A stretch of DNA of 64,000 nucleotides from Octopus sinensis (Eukaryota): assembly GCF_006345805.1 (NCBI RefSeq), contig NC_042997.1, positions 37,696,001 through 37,760,000 on the forward strand, given 5' to 3'. The notes beneath the pieces were generated by a model that was not told the DNA's origin, did not search any database, and saw nothing but the letters and a program-made list of their open reading frames with translations. The position numbers and the translations under genes are program-made. Positions 1 through 12,399 of the stretch are shown here, piece after piece. Each line of letters begins with the position of its first letter. Position 1 is the first letter of the stretch.

Positions 1-976
1 TGGATGGTTTTATCAGATACTTAGAGCAGTTCGGGGAGAAGATATGGTTTAACCTTCGGCATACAAGTGAAAACCAGATCCAAACAGCTAGCTATAACTC
101 ACTCTCTTTGATCAATGTATAATAGATATATTGTCTTTACAGTTTTATGTGATATGCCATAGCGAGTCCTGATATTAGATTATTTCGTGTACAATTACCT
201 TTATCATGAACTTGTAAAGCATATCCTATAGAGAATCCTATCTAGATACATTGTTAGTACACAAAGAGATTAAAAGGTATAGCTTTAAATATTTTTATTC
301 GATGGCATGCGATACATGTTTTGATAGATTAATATCCAAATCAGAATATCTTTATGGACATACTGCATATACAGTAAGTGAACAAACGACATTCTTCGTC
401 CATCCTATATTTTTTTCACAACCACGTGAGGCTGGTAAATATTCATAATGTGGTAGTAACTGAAAATGAACATCAGACCAGTTTTTTTGAAAATGTGATT
501 CCAAAGGAAATTCATAAATATATTTCCAAAAATCTCTAATATAGATTAGAAAGAAAGCAGAAAAACTATCTGTAGGAAAAAAAAAAAAAATATGAAACTT
601 ATTTAAACAGCAATGTAGGTCAAATCCTATATTACAATAAAAAATATAAAAAACTTGTAACACTAAAATATACGTATGGAAATGCATTAACGTCGATTAT
701 AAATTCATCCTAAAAATAATAAAAATTCGCTTTGAGACTACACTGATAATATGTTTTAATAATTCTTTGTGCGTGTGGGGCGGGGGATGTATTCCACTTC
801 AAAATGGTAAACAGCGTGCTCCAGTAATTTATAGGAATCCAAATGGAAAACTCACTTATTTATATAATTGCTTTTATTTATTTAGTACTGCGTGTATTCT
901 CTGTATGTAGTGGGGAAAAGAATGAATGAATACTTTTCATTATGAACTCAATCATTATCTAAAGTATTCCAAGTGA

Positions 977-1475
977 ATTGTAGTAGTAGTAGTAGTAGTA
1001 GCAGCAGCAAAATGGGGAGGAGGAGGAAGAGAAGGATGGGGGAGAGAAGGATGAGGAGGAGAAGTATGAGGAAGAGAAAGGGGAGGAAGAGGAGGAAGGA
1101 GGAGGAAGAGAAGGAGGCGGAAAAGAAGGAAGAGGAAGGGAAGGAGGAGGAAGGGAAGGAGGAGGAAGAGAAAGAAGAGGAAGGGAAGGAAGTGGAAGAG
1201 AAGGAGGAGGAAGAGAAGGAAGAGGAAGGAGGATGAAGAGAAGGAAGTGGAAGAGAAGGAGGAGGAAAAGAAGGAAGAGGAAGGAGGATGAAGAGAAGGA
1301 AGTGGAAGAGAAGGAGGAGGAAAAGAAGGAAGAGGAAGAGAAGGAGGAGGAAGAGAACGAGTAGGAAGAGGAGGAGCAGGAAGTGAAGGAGGTGTATTGG
1401 CTGCAGTAGTGGTCATATTTACAGTAGTAGGAGTAGGAGGAGGAGGAGGAGCAGTGGCAGTAGTGCTTATATTTA

Positions 1476-1527
<52 letters not shown>

Positions 1528-1528
1528 T
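977..1528. repeat. Compound simple repeat: (AGT)n / purine-rich (GAG,GAA)n / (AGT)n
   Basis: Read directly; the ORFs 955..1416 and 973..1236 are low-complexity translations of it. Confidence 0.95.
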
Positions 1529-2038
1529 GAAGATACTGTTGTATTGAAACTAACATCATTGTAATAACACTTTTTGATAGAGAGTGTAATGTCGAACTAC
1601 GTATCTTCCAGGAATCAACGGAAATCAATGATACCGGCCTTATCCTAAATATAAATACAGATTCATCAGAATCTTTCAGTCACTATAACACCAATATGGA
1701 AACCCAAGCATCTTACAAAAAGTAGCATATAAAGTTGCCCTATTCACACTATTTTCCGGTGGCATACCAACCCTTGATTTTACAAGTCATCAGTGTATAA
1801 ATTGTTGGACCGGTTAGGTGACTCGCCGTCAACCCAAATGGGAAGATGTTGTTGAAAAACCCCCAAAATGATGAACCATCGACGTCCATCACTCCCAAAT
1901 GTGATTGAGGGAGAGTTACATCGCCTGTTCATGACTCTAAGGTTTTTTAACACCAGAGTGTTATATACTCCGTTACGCCATTGCAGCCACCGGAAAATAC
2001 ACAAAGCATATACATTATTATATCTATTTAACAATAGT

Positions 2039-2421
2039 GGAGGCGCAATGGCCCAGTGCTTAGGGCAGCGGACTCGCGGTCGCAGGATCGCGGTTTCGAT
2101 TCCCAGACCGGGCGTTGTGAGTGTTTATTGAGTAAAAACACCTAAAAGCTCCACGATGCTCCGACAGGGATGGTGGTGATCCCTGCTGTACTCTTTAACT
2201 ACAGCTTTCTCTCACTCTTACTTCCTGTTTCTGTTGTACCTGTATTTCAAAGGGCCGGTCTTGTCACTCTCTGTGTCACGCTGAATATCCCCGAGAACTA
2301 CGTTAAGGTTACACGTGTCTGTGGAGTGCTCAGCCACTTACACGTTAAGTTCACGAGCAGGCTGTTCCGTTGATTCGGATCAACCGGAACCCTCGTCGTC
2401 GTAACCGACGGAGTGCTTCCA
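2039..2421 (+). mobile_element. tRNA-derived SINE, family A (long-tail variant)
   Basis: Head GGAGGCGCAATGGCCCAGTG..GGTTTCGATTCCC with A-box/B-box-like motifs, shared with copies at 6515 and 35155; TATTTAACAATA occurs at 2025-2036 and 2422-2433 (TSD-like). Confidence 0.85.
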
Positions 2422-2689
2422 TATTTAACAATATGTATTACACTAAACCGGATTTTATTTCATATGTAAATTTTCTCTTAGGTATGTAATTTCGGGCATA
2501 CCAGCTCCTGATTTTACAAGCCATGAACATATAAGTCGTTGGATCGGCTAGGTGACACCCCTTCAACACAGGCTACACTTTCAGGTTTTGGGATAAAGTT
2601 TTCGGAAGTAACCCAGTAGGTTTACCATTAATTCATGGGTCCTACTAATGAGTTATTATTAGTGTTAACTAAATAAAACATGCGCAGAA

Positions 2690-3990
2690 ATGGAGTAACG
2701 CGTGACAATGAGCATTCTTTAAGAACGCTAGAAATATCTATACTCAAACATCATAAATGACAATACACAAAAATATAACGAAGGCATCTAGTAGTCCTTA
2801 ATGAAATCAAAAATAAAAAGACAATATCAAAAAGAGCAAAACAAATGCTTCACGAATGCAATGTAACTGAGATCTTCTCTCAGACAAAGGGTATTTTTTG
2901 AAATATAATATTTGGGAGAAATTTCTGAAAAAAGAAAAACCATACCCACCCTCCAAAGGAAGGAGATTTCACCAAGAATTATGTAAAAATAAAATACATA
3001 ACAAACCGCACCAAAAGTATAAGGGCTAAGAATATTTGTCAGAGATTAATTCACAGTGAATGAATCAATGGTAACAGCTCCTGAATCATAGAGATAAACC
3101 ATCACCAAACACGGCGTGGATCCTAAAAATTGAACACGTGGGAAGCACGAAAATAGAATAAAATCCTAAATTGCTGGTATAATTATTTAAGATATGCATA
3201 TAAGTTGCTAGAATATATAATCAATAAGAAACTAATAAGGAGCCAAACAAATACATGACTGGTTCACTGAGGTGAAAAGCTTTAGAACAACAAAGATCAA
3301 AGAAAAATTGATACCATAAAAGCCCCAAAAACATAACGTTTTGATTTGTTATTGCTGACAGCCCTCAAGTGGGATAATATTGCAGATAGTGAATAAAGAT
3401 CTTCACTGAACAACAACCTGTTATCAGAAGAACAAAAGAGATCATGGAGACGCTGATATGTGCATGACAATATCAACTATTGATCAACAACCCAATATTC
3501 GATAATAGAAAAAGAAAGATTTTCATATAATTTGGATTGAATATAAGAAGGCAATTGGCAGAGTTTCTTGCGAGTGTCTTCCTATAAATACTTACCAAAA
3601 GTAGGTAGCGTCATGGCTGCTGGAGAAACGTTCGCGCTGATAAAGCCGAGCTACAAAAATGCAAACACACTTTTCTCTCTCCAGTTCTTTTCTACCTAGA
3701 GCTAATATATTTAACTAGCATACTAATTCAACGTTGACTCTGAAACAAACACTACGAGAAAAGAATTACTTGTCTTTTGTATATAGATGCTAACAACTTG
3801 TACTATGTGGATGATGCAAATTCAGAAGCAAAGCTACAGACAACATACAAATACGAGAGAAATTGATGCACATTTATAATTAGCCCGGCATTAATATTAA
3901 GAACAAAATTATCTTGTTCAATAAGGAAACAAAAATAAGTTAATTATTCCAAGCACTCTCAAAAATTAAAAATAAACACAGTTGATTTGT
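2690..3990 (+). mobile_element. Heavily degenerate R4/Dong-like non-LTR retrotransposon RT remnant
   Basis: Manual translation gives KLNTWEARK..ILNCWYNYL, LSEEQK..YQLLINN, FHIIWIEYKKAIGRVS and NNLYYVDD, resembling RT motifs WKAPG, EQKG..DQLLIN, WIDYKKAFDSV and HLLYMDD; many stops and frameshifts. Confidence 0.5.
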
Positions 3991-4044
3991 TTATAGTGAT
4001 CAAAAGGTATTGTTCACATAAGCTTACTCCCTCCATCATATCAA

Positions 4045-4207
4045 TATTACCTGTACAGTTGCACATGCCCCACATGTCGGATGACGAAATGAATGCGATG
4101 CAACGTGAAATGAAGCGCTTTGCTCAAGAACACAACGCAATGCCCGGTCTGGGAATCGAGCCCACGATCTTGCAATTGTGAGTGCAGCACCCTAATCACT
4201 AATCCAT
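4045..4207 (-). mobile_element. tRNA-derived SINE with CORE-like central segment (partial)
   Basis: Reverse complement has the family-A-like head (GGCTCGATTCCCAGACCGGGCA) followed by TTGTGTTCTTGAGCAAAGCGCTTCATTTCACGTTGC; related segment at 57125-57165 (+). Confidence 0.6.
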
Positions 4208-4208
4208 G

Positions 4209-4260
<52 letters not shown>

Positions 4261-4834
4261 AATGTATGTCTTTGTATGTCTTTGTGTCTGTGTTTGTTTA
4301 CTACAACTGCTTGACAACCGCTGTGTTTAAGTACCCGTTGCATAATGGCTCGGTAAAAGAAACGGATAAAATAAGGACAACACCTTACAAAAAAGAAATA
4401 ATAAAACAATAACAACTGGGGTCGTTTCAAGGTGATGCCCCAGCATGGCCGCAGCGTAATGACTGCAGCGCATAAAAGACAAAGAAGGAAAATCACAAAT
4501 GAAATGAATGTTTTATTGCAAAGAGTATGCATTATATCAATTGTGAAAGCAGAACCTAAGATAGCACACCTGCACTGAAATATTGCTTTAATAATTTATC
4601 GTTTAATATTCTCTACTGTACGCAATATGAATTAGCAAAAGCAGAGGATAAACAAGAGAATTAATAAATATATTCAGATTACAACTCTTAAAACCTGACT
4701 TAGAACGATAACATCTAACAGATTTATGCAGGATATTTGCTTCTGTTTTCACCTTCTTGGCATTTGTCGGTTACTTCATTTCCTGTTTTATGTTTGCTAC
4801 AGTTCTTAAAAGAATATGCATTCTTATATATATA

Positions 4835-5338
4835 CTAGCAGTATCGCCCGCGTTGCTCGGTTTGTAAGGGAAATAACTATATAAGCATTTTTAGAGAGTT
4901 ACTTCCCTTATAAATTCGGGCTTTCTTAGCCATTTTTGTTTTGGTGTCTTCAAGCCATGAAGTCGTTGTTCTAAAAGAACGCTGGTTTCCTTCACAACGC
5001 ATTACGACGTTGATTTCTTTACACTCCCTTCCCCACAGCTTCACGAGGGAGGGAAGGGGGAGAAGCAAACAGGTGCAGCTGTGAGCGTGGACGCCAACTC
5101 CGCCGCCATCGACACACGATGCATTTTATGCATTAAAATGGAATAAAAAATGATGTTAAATTATTTTTTAAATCGTAGACTCATCGTTGACGCGCGCTAA
5201 TAGTCAGACGGGCTCGATATGAATCACGACTATAAGATACCCGAATTTGGTTAAACTGCACCGCAAAATGTGGGAGGAGTTAGGAATTTAAATCGAAGGG
5301 GACAGACACTCACACAACTAGAATTTTATATATATAGA
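4835..5338 (-). mobile_element. Non-autonomous Helitron (copy 1)
   Basis: Minus strand begins TC (A|TCTATATATATAAAA) and ends CTAG|T with a subterminal CCCG..CGGG-type hairpin; homologous to 44253-44642. Confidence 0.8.
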
Positions 5339-5354
5339 TGTGTGTGTGCGCGTG

Positions 5355-5385
<31 letters not shown>

Positions 5386-5969
5386 TGTGTGTATGAATGT
5401 ATGTCTTTGTATGTCTTTGTGTCTGTGTTTGTTTACTACAACTGCTTGACAACCGCTGTGTTTAAGTACCCGTTGCATAATGGCTCGGTAAAAGAAACGG
5501 ATAAAATAAGGACAACACCTTACAAAAAAGAAATAATAAAACAATAACAACTGGGGTCGTTTCAAGGTGATGCCCCAGCATGGCCGCAGCGTAATGACTG
5601 CAGCGCATAAAAGACAAAGAAGGAAAATCACAAATGAAATGAATGTTTTATTGCAAAGAGTATGCATTATATCAATTGTGAAAGCAGAACCTAAGATAGC
5701 ACACCTGCACTGAAATATTGCTTTAATAATTTATCGTTTAATATTCTCTACTGTACGCAATATGAATTAGCAAAAGCAGAGGATAAACAAGAGAATTAAT
5801 AAATATATTCAGATTACAACTCTTAAAACCTGACTTAGAACGATAACATCTAACAGATTTATGCAGGATATTTGCTTCTGTTTTCACCTTCTTGGCATTT
5901 GTCGGTTACTTCATTTCCTGTTTTATGTTTGCTACAGTTCTTAAAAGAATATGCATTCTTATATATATA

Positions 5970-6475
5970 CTAGCAGTATCGCCCGGCGTTGCTCGGGTTT
6001 GTAAGGGAAATAACTATATAAGCATTTTTAGAGAGTTACTTCCCTTATAAATTCGGGCTTTCTTAGCCATTTTTGTTTTGGTGTCTTCAAGCCATGAAGT
6101 CGTTGTTCTAAAAGAACGCTGGTTTCCTTCACAACGCATTACGACGTTGATTTCTTTACACTCCCTTCCCCACAGCTTCACGAGGGAGGGAAGGGGGAGA
6201 AGCAAACAGGTGCAGCTGTGAGCGTGGACGCCAACTCCGCCGCCATCGACACACGATGCATTTTATGCATTAAAATGGAATAAAAAATGATGTTAAATTA
6301 TTTTTTAAATCGTAGACTCATCGTTGACGCGCGCTAATAGTCAGACGGGCTCGATATGAATCACGACTATAAGATACCCGAATTTGGTTAAACTGCACCG
6401 CAAAATGTGGGAGGAGTTAGGAATTTAAATCGAAGGGGACAGACACTCACACAACTAGAATTTTATATATATAGA
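5970..6475 (-). mobile_element. Non-autonomous Helitron (copy 2, within the tandem duplication)
   Basis: Same termini; hairpin CCCGAGCAACGCCGGG is intact in this copy. Confidence 0.8.
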
Positions 6476-6514
6476 TGTGTGTGTGCGCGTGTGTGTGTGT
6501 GTGTGTGTGTGTGT

Positions 6515-6813
6515 GGAGGCGCAATAGCCCAGTGGTTAGGGTAGCGGACTCGCGGTTCTAGGATCGCGGTTTCGATTCCCAGACCAGGCGTTGTGAGTGT
6601 TTATTGAGTGAAAACACCTAAAAATGCTCCACGAAGCTCCGGCAAGGGGTAGTGATCCCTGCTGTACTCTTTCATCACACTTTCTCTCACTCTTTCTTCT
6701 GTTGGCCTGCTCGCTTAGCCAGCGGGGTGACGTCATTCGAAGGCTAAAACAATGCGAACGCATTGTGACCAGCGATGTGTAGCAACATCTGATGGTCTAG
6801 TCGTTCACGTGAT

Positions 6814-6820
<7 letters not shown>
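6515..6820 (+). mobile_element. tRNA-derived SINE, family A (short-tail variant)
   Basis: Same head as 2039; tail ends CACGTGATCACGTGA followed by (TA)n; reverse copy at 34876-35155. Confidence 0.85.
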
Positions 6821-6859
<39 letters not shown>

Positions 6860-6864
<5 letters not shown>

Positions 6865-7100
6865 CCGGAGTAAACACATAAATGTGTAACAAGGTGGAAA
6901 AAAGAGTACTCAAATACCAGTGGTAGAGTAATATGCTTTATTTTAAGCAGCAGAAAATTCAACAAAATCTGTTACTCTGAGTTTCTCGTTGCCGTTCATC
7001 AGACAGTTTTTGCTAGATTCTAGCAAAAACTGTCTGATGAACGGCAACGAGAAACTCAGAGTAACAGATTTCGTTGAATTTTCTGCTGCTTAAAATAAAG
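6860..7100 (-). mobile_element. Short non-coding PLE-like element ending in an 82-bp-arm fold-back palindrome
   Basis: Inverted repeat 6936-7017 / 7019-7100 with 1-nt spacer and one mismatch (6964/7072); contains a hammerhead motif; flanked by (TA)n. Confidence 0.6.
7030..7067 (+). ncRNA. Minimal type I hammerhead ribozyme motif (mirror copy on the minus strand at 6969-7006)
   Basis: Stem I CTGT(7030-33)/ACAG(7064-67); CTGATGA 7034-40; stem II CG-GCAA-CG; GAAA 7051-54; stem III ACTC-A-GAGT; GTA cleavage triplet 7061-63. Confidence 0.75.
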
Positions 7101-8088
7101 TATATATACATATATATAGTTGCTTTTCAGCTAATTGTGTTTGTCTTCGTCCTTTACTTGATGCTTTTCTAGTTCTCCTCAGTATCTTTTATTACAGTTT
7201 GCTGTTTGGCAAAGTGTTTTTTAAAATAAATCTAATGCTCTTTGAATCTTTTGGCCTGTTATATTTCAAGTGTTGTGATTATGTTTCTTGTTTTCCTAAT
7301 TCCTTTGGCTTTCAGTTAACTATCCTTCATTTTAACTATTATTTATTATAAAAGCTAGTGTTGTTTTAGTTTCATTCTAATGCATCTTTAATATACTTTT
7401 CTATTATTTTCCTATAGTAACGTATTACTTTGTTCATCAAGTGCTAGATGCAATCCAGTTTTTATGTTTCCCGTTGTTTTTCGTATAGGCTGATATGCTT
7501 GATAATCATGGCAGGTTCATTCTACATCTTTCCTTTTAATAGCTAGATCTGAAGTTAGAAATTGTAACTACATATTAGCAGTCTCTCAGTTACGTAATCT
7601 TGATGAAGGCGTAAATGTGATTTTGTGTAGTTTCCACGGAAACCCACGAGGACTCCAGCTTTCGGAAGAATTTTTGTGGATTGGAATCTTTGCTGCTTTT
7701 CTTTTTAGCTGTTTGCACGTTTTACGTATCATCACATGCTATCACCCTGTACCTATTTTTAAACGCTTAATGGTTAATAAAATACTCGTCATCATTATCA
7801 TCATCACCATTATCATTATCATTGAGTGAGAGAGCAAGGCATGCCATGAAAGTAACACAGAGTTACAAGTAAGTATATGAACCCCAATATACCTATCATG
7901 AGTACCCGTCTGATAAGGGTATACCAGGCACAAGCATTATCACCGTATATGTGCGACATGGTGATCTTATATCAAGTTAAAAGACACTTGACCTTGCAGT
8001 GGGGCTCACTTATAAATTTTAAAATTTTCTTCAGACTAAGTAGCCTATCTCGCTCAAAAATGTGCCTTATTTTCATTATTATTATTAT

Positions 8089-8099
8089 TGTTGTTGCTT

Positions 8100-8187
<88 letters not shown>
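8089..8187. repeat. (GTT)n microsatellite
   Basis: Read directly. Confidence 0.97.
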
Positions 8188-8189
8188 AA

Positions 8190-10132
8190 GACGTGTTTTG
8201 CAGAGCTCTGTCAGTTCGAGATTTGTTGTTATTTTAAAAGTTTATTGACTCTTTCTTTGTTGGGTTTTATTTTTATCCGAACTCCTTTTGATGTGTAGAA
8301 GTGGTCCTGTTGTTGAAAATTTCCCCCTTTTAAGGGGCGGAATTTCGGACGTTTTGTTCGTTTAAAAAAACAAAATTTATTTTTCCGTTTGACGAAGAAA
8401 CAAAGCAAACAAGCTGGCTTCTTCTGTCGAGGGGAGTGGCAGTAGCTGTTCTGACAGCCAATAATTCCGCCGCCCCCATCTAAGCAGCACAATCACGAGC
8501 AGCGATGCCAACACCACCACCAACAACAACAAAGAAAATATAGCAAACCAAGAAATTGTTCCTGAAAAAGAGAAGGAGGAAGACAGAAAAGAAACAGAAA
8601 TAATGACACTGACACCACAAACACGAACAGCAAATCTAGCGGCAACGGTTTTGCCTTGGCAGCAATGCAAACGAATGAAATGGTGAATTAACAAAAAATG
8701 AACTACAAGAGGCAAAGGAGATTTTAAGGAAAGAAGGAAACAATGTCTTCCTTATCACTCAGGAATAATTAAAGGAGACGGACCGAAAATCAGTAATATA
8801 AGGAGTTTTAAACATCAAGAAGAAAAAAGTAGAACTAGCCGGCCAACAAAAGTAGGAAATGACCTTGAGACCAATATGGACCAACGAAATCTATAACAAG
8901 ATGGTAGCGCTTCGGCACAGCGTAAGTGCGTTTTGCTACAGAGAAGGAAGCAAGACAGCATTTCACTGTGCCCCTAAAAACAGATTTTCTGCTCGTGCCG
9001 ACATACCTTGGTTGGTGCGTAACCAAAATTAAAATTGGGGAGGTGCCCCCCGAAAGAAATGTATGCTGGCTGGTAGCGGTTGTCCTCGATGATATAGAGG
9101 ACACCGCCAAGGAGGTGTGGTCACCGTTTGTACGACACGCTTTTTCACAGCTCGTCTCTGAGTTGCAATCCTGGATTAGGCGTAGACCGAGGAAGGGTGC
9201 TTGGCACTTCGAATGCCGTCAAGCGCTCCCAACCCTCCGCCAGGCGGGCAATGCGGTCGGTGGCAGTTCTACTTTAGCGTTCTATAGAGGGCTAGTGTAG
9301 GGAAAGGGCGACGACATTATCGCGGAAATTCTGGGCCTCTATGAAGATCAACTAACCGGTCTGTTTTGGAGAACTTTCGGGCCTAGGACTATGGATAACT
9401 TCCAGAAATCGCTTGCTTGGCAGTGCTACCGAGGGGGGCTGCCTGTTCCAGATAAAATTTACAGGCACGTAAGTGCCGCCAGCCGGGCCTGCCCGAGGTG
9501 CGCACAGAACGATGAAACCGTTCTACACGCCCTAGTCCATTGCCCGAGTATTGCTGACCTGTGGGTTTATGTCAAATATCTGCTGTCGTGCTGTCACGTG
9601 TGGGACATTTCCGGATATCAGCTTAATCCATTGTAAAGATTTCCCCGCCGCCCTCTTTTGGCCGGGAGGGGAAGGCAAATTTTATTTGTCTTGTGGCTGT
9701 AGCGAAAGGTTGACCCGTTTGAAAGGGCTAAAGACAGGCACTTTCCTCTTTGGCCAAGCCCTCATCAACTTTTTCAAGTTTCACTTGCAAAGGAACTTGA
9801 GGATGGAGATGGAAGTGTTGCCTTGTAGCAAGTTCGTTGAAAGGTGGGGGAATGTTGCAAGAATGGTCAGTGTGAAAGAACCAATTCTGAGCGTGCACCT
9901 GTAAACAAAAGAAGGGCGCTTGCCCTGTTGTTCAGGCACCCGTGACTTTTGTGGGCTGTTCACGAGGTTCTTAATGCGCCTTCCCTACTGGGAGTTTTAA
10001 ATTATTTAATTTTTATTGCTATTATATTGCTTATACGTTGAAAAACCCATTATTTCGTCCTGTTTTTGTCTTTTATGTTTTTTGTCCCTCAATGTAAGTT
10101 TATGTAAGCCCTTGTGGCTAATAAACAAATTG

Positions 10133-10134
<2 letters not shown>
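8190..10134 (+). mobile_element. Internally deleted Tx1/L1-like non-LTR retrotransposon (probable ORF1 fragment joined to ORF2 C-terminus and 3' UTR)
   Basis: C-terminal CCHC zinc knuckle CPRCAQNDETVLHALVHC (9490-9543) preceded by LAWQCYRGGLPV; no RT core is present between ~9100 and this region; AATAAA at 10120 then an (ATT)n tail. The ORF1 assignment of 8190-9100 is weaker. Confidence 0.75.
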
Positions 10135-10200
<66 letters not shown>

Positions 10201-10220
10201 CATTATCAATATTATTATAT
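10134..10220. repeat. (ATT)n microsatellite
   Basis: Read directly. Confidence 0.97.
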
Positions 10221-10239
10221 CTTAAAAAAGGATTGATGT

Positions 10240-11490
10240 AACTCTTCACAAAAGTAAACATTCAAGACGAAGAGCGCGATTCGAGCGTTGAATTTTTGGA
10301 CACAAAAGTCAAGTTTTCTGGAGGCAGAATAACGACAGAATTATTTTGCAAGCCTACGTCATCCCACATTTATCCCCACAGCCGCTCCGGTCATCCACAT
10401 CATCTTATTAGGTCAAATCCGAAATCCCAATTTTTGAGGGTAAAACGCATTTGTACTGACATAGGGGATTAGTGGAAACATACAAATGCATTTGTATGTC
10501 ATTATGTCAAACGTGGTTACAGTGAATCGCGATTAAAGGAAATAGCAAATGAAATAGCTAAGATTGGCAAAGATGGTCAAACTTATACGCATAATTTTAG
10601 CAAACACAATACAATAGATGACAGAATTCCTTTAGTGATAAACTGTCACCGACATTTCGTTGGCATTTCAAAAGTGTTGCATGAAAGTTACCAGCATGTG
10701 GCGAAAAATATCCTCGCTTCAAACAGATATTTCCTCAGCCGCCTATTGTAGCCTTTAGACAGAATAAGAATATAAGAGAATTATTGACCTCTATATCTGA
10801 CTCCAAGAAAAAGAACATTGGAGTATCTACACGCTGTACCTTAATGAACAGCCCTGTTCATTGTGCAACAACTTGAGTGAAGCGAATTCCATCAGAAATC
10901 ATAACAGAAATGTTATGATTTATACAGAAGGTGGAACATGTAAAGATCCCCATTTGGTGTACGCTGCAGAATGCACAAAACACAACCTAATTTATGTTGA
11001 TTCCACAACGGAACAATTAAACAAAAGGTTTGATGGGCACAGTTTCGACGTCAGGCACAATAACAGTAGTTCGACAGAACTTGCTGAACATTTCGTTTCA
11101 ATCTTGAAGAAGACTTGAAAGTGCATATTTTCAGAAAATATTCTGAATCTGCATCACTTTCACTTCTCAGAATGTATGAGGAGAAATATGTTTGCAGGTT
11201 ATTAACATCACACCCTGGAGGAATGAATAAGATGACAGGAGAATATCATCAAATTTATTCAAAGCTGTTTGATTAAATATTCTTCTTTCTCTCTTTTTCT
11301 TTCCTTTTTAATGTCATCTTATTTTTCTGGAGTTTTTTTCTCTTTCTTTTCGCCAGTTAAAGACTTAAAAACTGATGATATTCCATCAACGTGTGGACGC
11401 TACTTGCTCTCATTCATACTTTACGTTTAAATTTCTAAATTTTTATCACTTCTTATTTTGAACTTGGCAAAGGCAGACATACTGTTGAAA
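10240..11490 (+). mobile_element. 5'-truncated Penelope-like element (RT thumb + GIY-YIG endonuclease), degenerate
   Basis: VEFLDTKV..LFCKPTSSHIY..SGHPHH..KSQFLRVKRIC (PLE thumb); C..PCSLC linker; LVYAAECTKHNLIYVDST..LNKRFDGH (GIY-YIG); ends HPGGMN; stops and frameshifts. Confidence 0.85.
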
Positions 11491-11559
11491 TATTATTATG
11501 ATTATTATTATTATCATTATTATTGCAATTGTTGTTGTTGTCGTCATTGTCGTTGTTGT

Positions 11560-11860
11560 CGCAGCTACTGTTGTTCCTTGCTATTATTATACCGTATGCA
11601 TACTTTTTAAAGTCTTGTTGATTGGATTATGTATTGGTTTCTATATTTTAGAAATATTTCCAAGGAGATTTGTGTTATAAGTTGTTTTTCACTTTCCCAC
11701 CTGAATATTACATTTACGTGTATTTCCAAGTTTTATACTTGAGCGATGTTTCTAGATATACATTATCCTCTCTTGCGACTGATGTTTCTTTCACATGGTT
11801 TCTGCTCTGTTCATTGTAGTTGAAAATGTCGGTTCGATTATGTTTCATCACTTTGTCTGC
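11560..11860 (-). mobile_element. Possible N-terminal fragment of an R4/Dong-like ORF
   Basis: Only weak remembered similarity (KVMKH.RTD..TMNRA); highly degenerate. Confidence 0.25.
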
Positions 11861-12399
11861 ATCCTTTGGAAAAATTATTGAAAATTCTCAAAATGAACAC
11901 ACAGAATTCAAAAATAGGGACAATGAAAGATAAAATTAATGATATTTTAATCAGCTACAATTACAAGCATCAACATTGACATTGAGGTTTTAGAAAATTC
12001 GCACAAAAGCACAAACGATCAGTTTTACAAGCTAAATACTGACACAGACAATAAGCCCTCCTTCATCACCGCGAAAATAATCTATAAGGCATTATCAGAT
12101 AAAATTTGCTTATGTATTAAACCAAGAAAGCAGCTGTTCCACCTGAAAATAATATGTTGAAAAATATGTAGATATTGCACAAATATCAATACTTCTAAAT
12201 AGTGATAAATATATAACACATTTTAGATTGAGGTCGACGGTCTGAGAATCCAAGTGTGTGGGAGAAGCAAGAAATATTCGGTTTATTACTAGAGTATGTA
12301 TATAGTAATTGTTTAAGAAAGAATGACACACCCCTGCCCTTTAAAGAGCGGAGATGCATTCGGTGTGCCAAGAAATGAACAAATAAAGGAATGTTGTTC

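Larger units (their letters stand above)
4206..6514. repeat. Tandem duplication, unit ~1135-1137 bp, bounded by (TG)n tracts
   Basis: 4206-5340 matches 5343-6478 nearly base for base; identical ORFs 4877..5068 and 6014..6205; differences are mostly 1-bp indels. Confidence 0.95.

Noticed and set aside
955-1416. Glu/Lys-rich and Pro/Leu-rich ORFs
   Set aside because: Purine-rich simple repeat; no flanking coding evidence
7140-7760. Minus-strand A-rich stretch resembling an RTE-like LINE linker; similar impression at 48030-48440
   Set aside because: No diagnostic motif could be read; too degenerate to call without an HMM search
10470-10472. In-frame stop in the truncated PLE, considered as possible selenocysteine recoding (known in some Naiad PLEs)
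   Set aside because: The codon is TAG, not TGA, and the linker cysteines are ordinary TGT/TGC; ordinary decay
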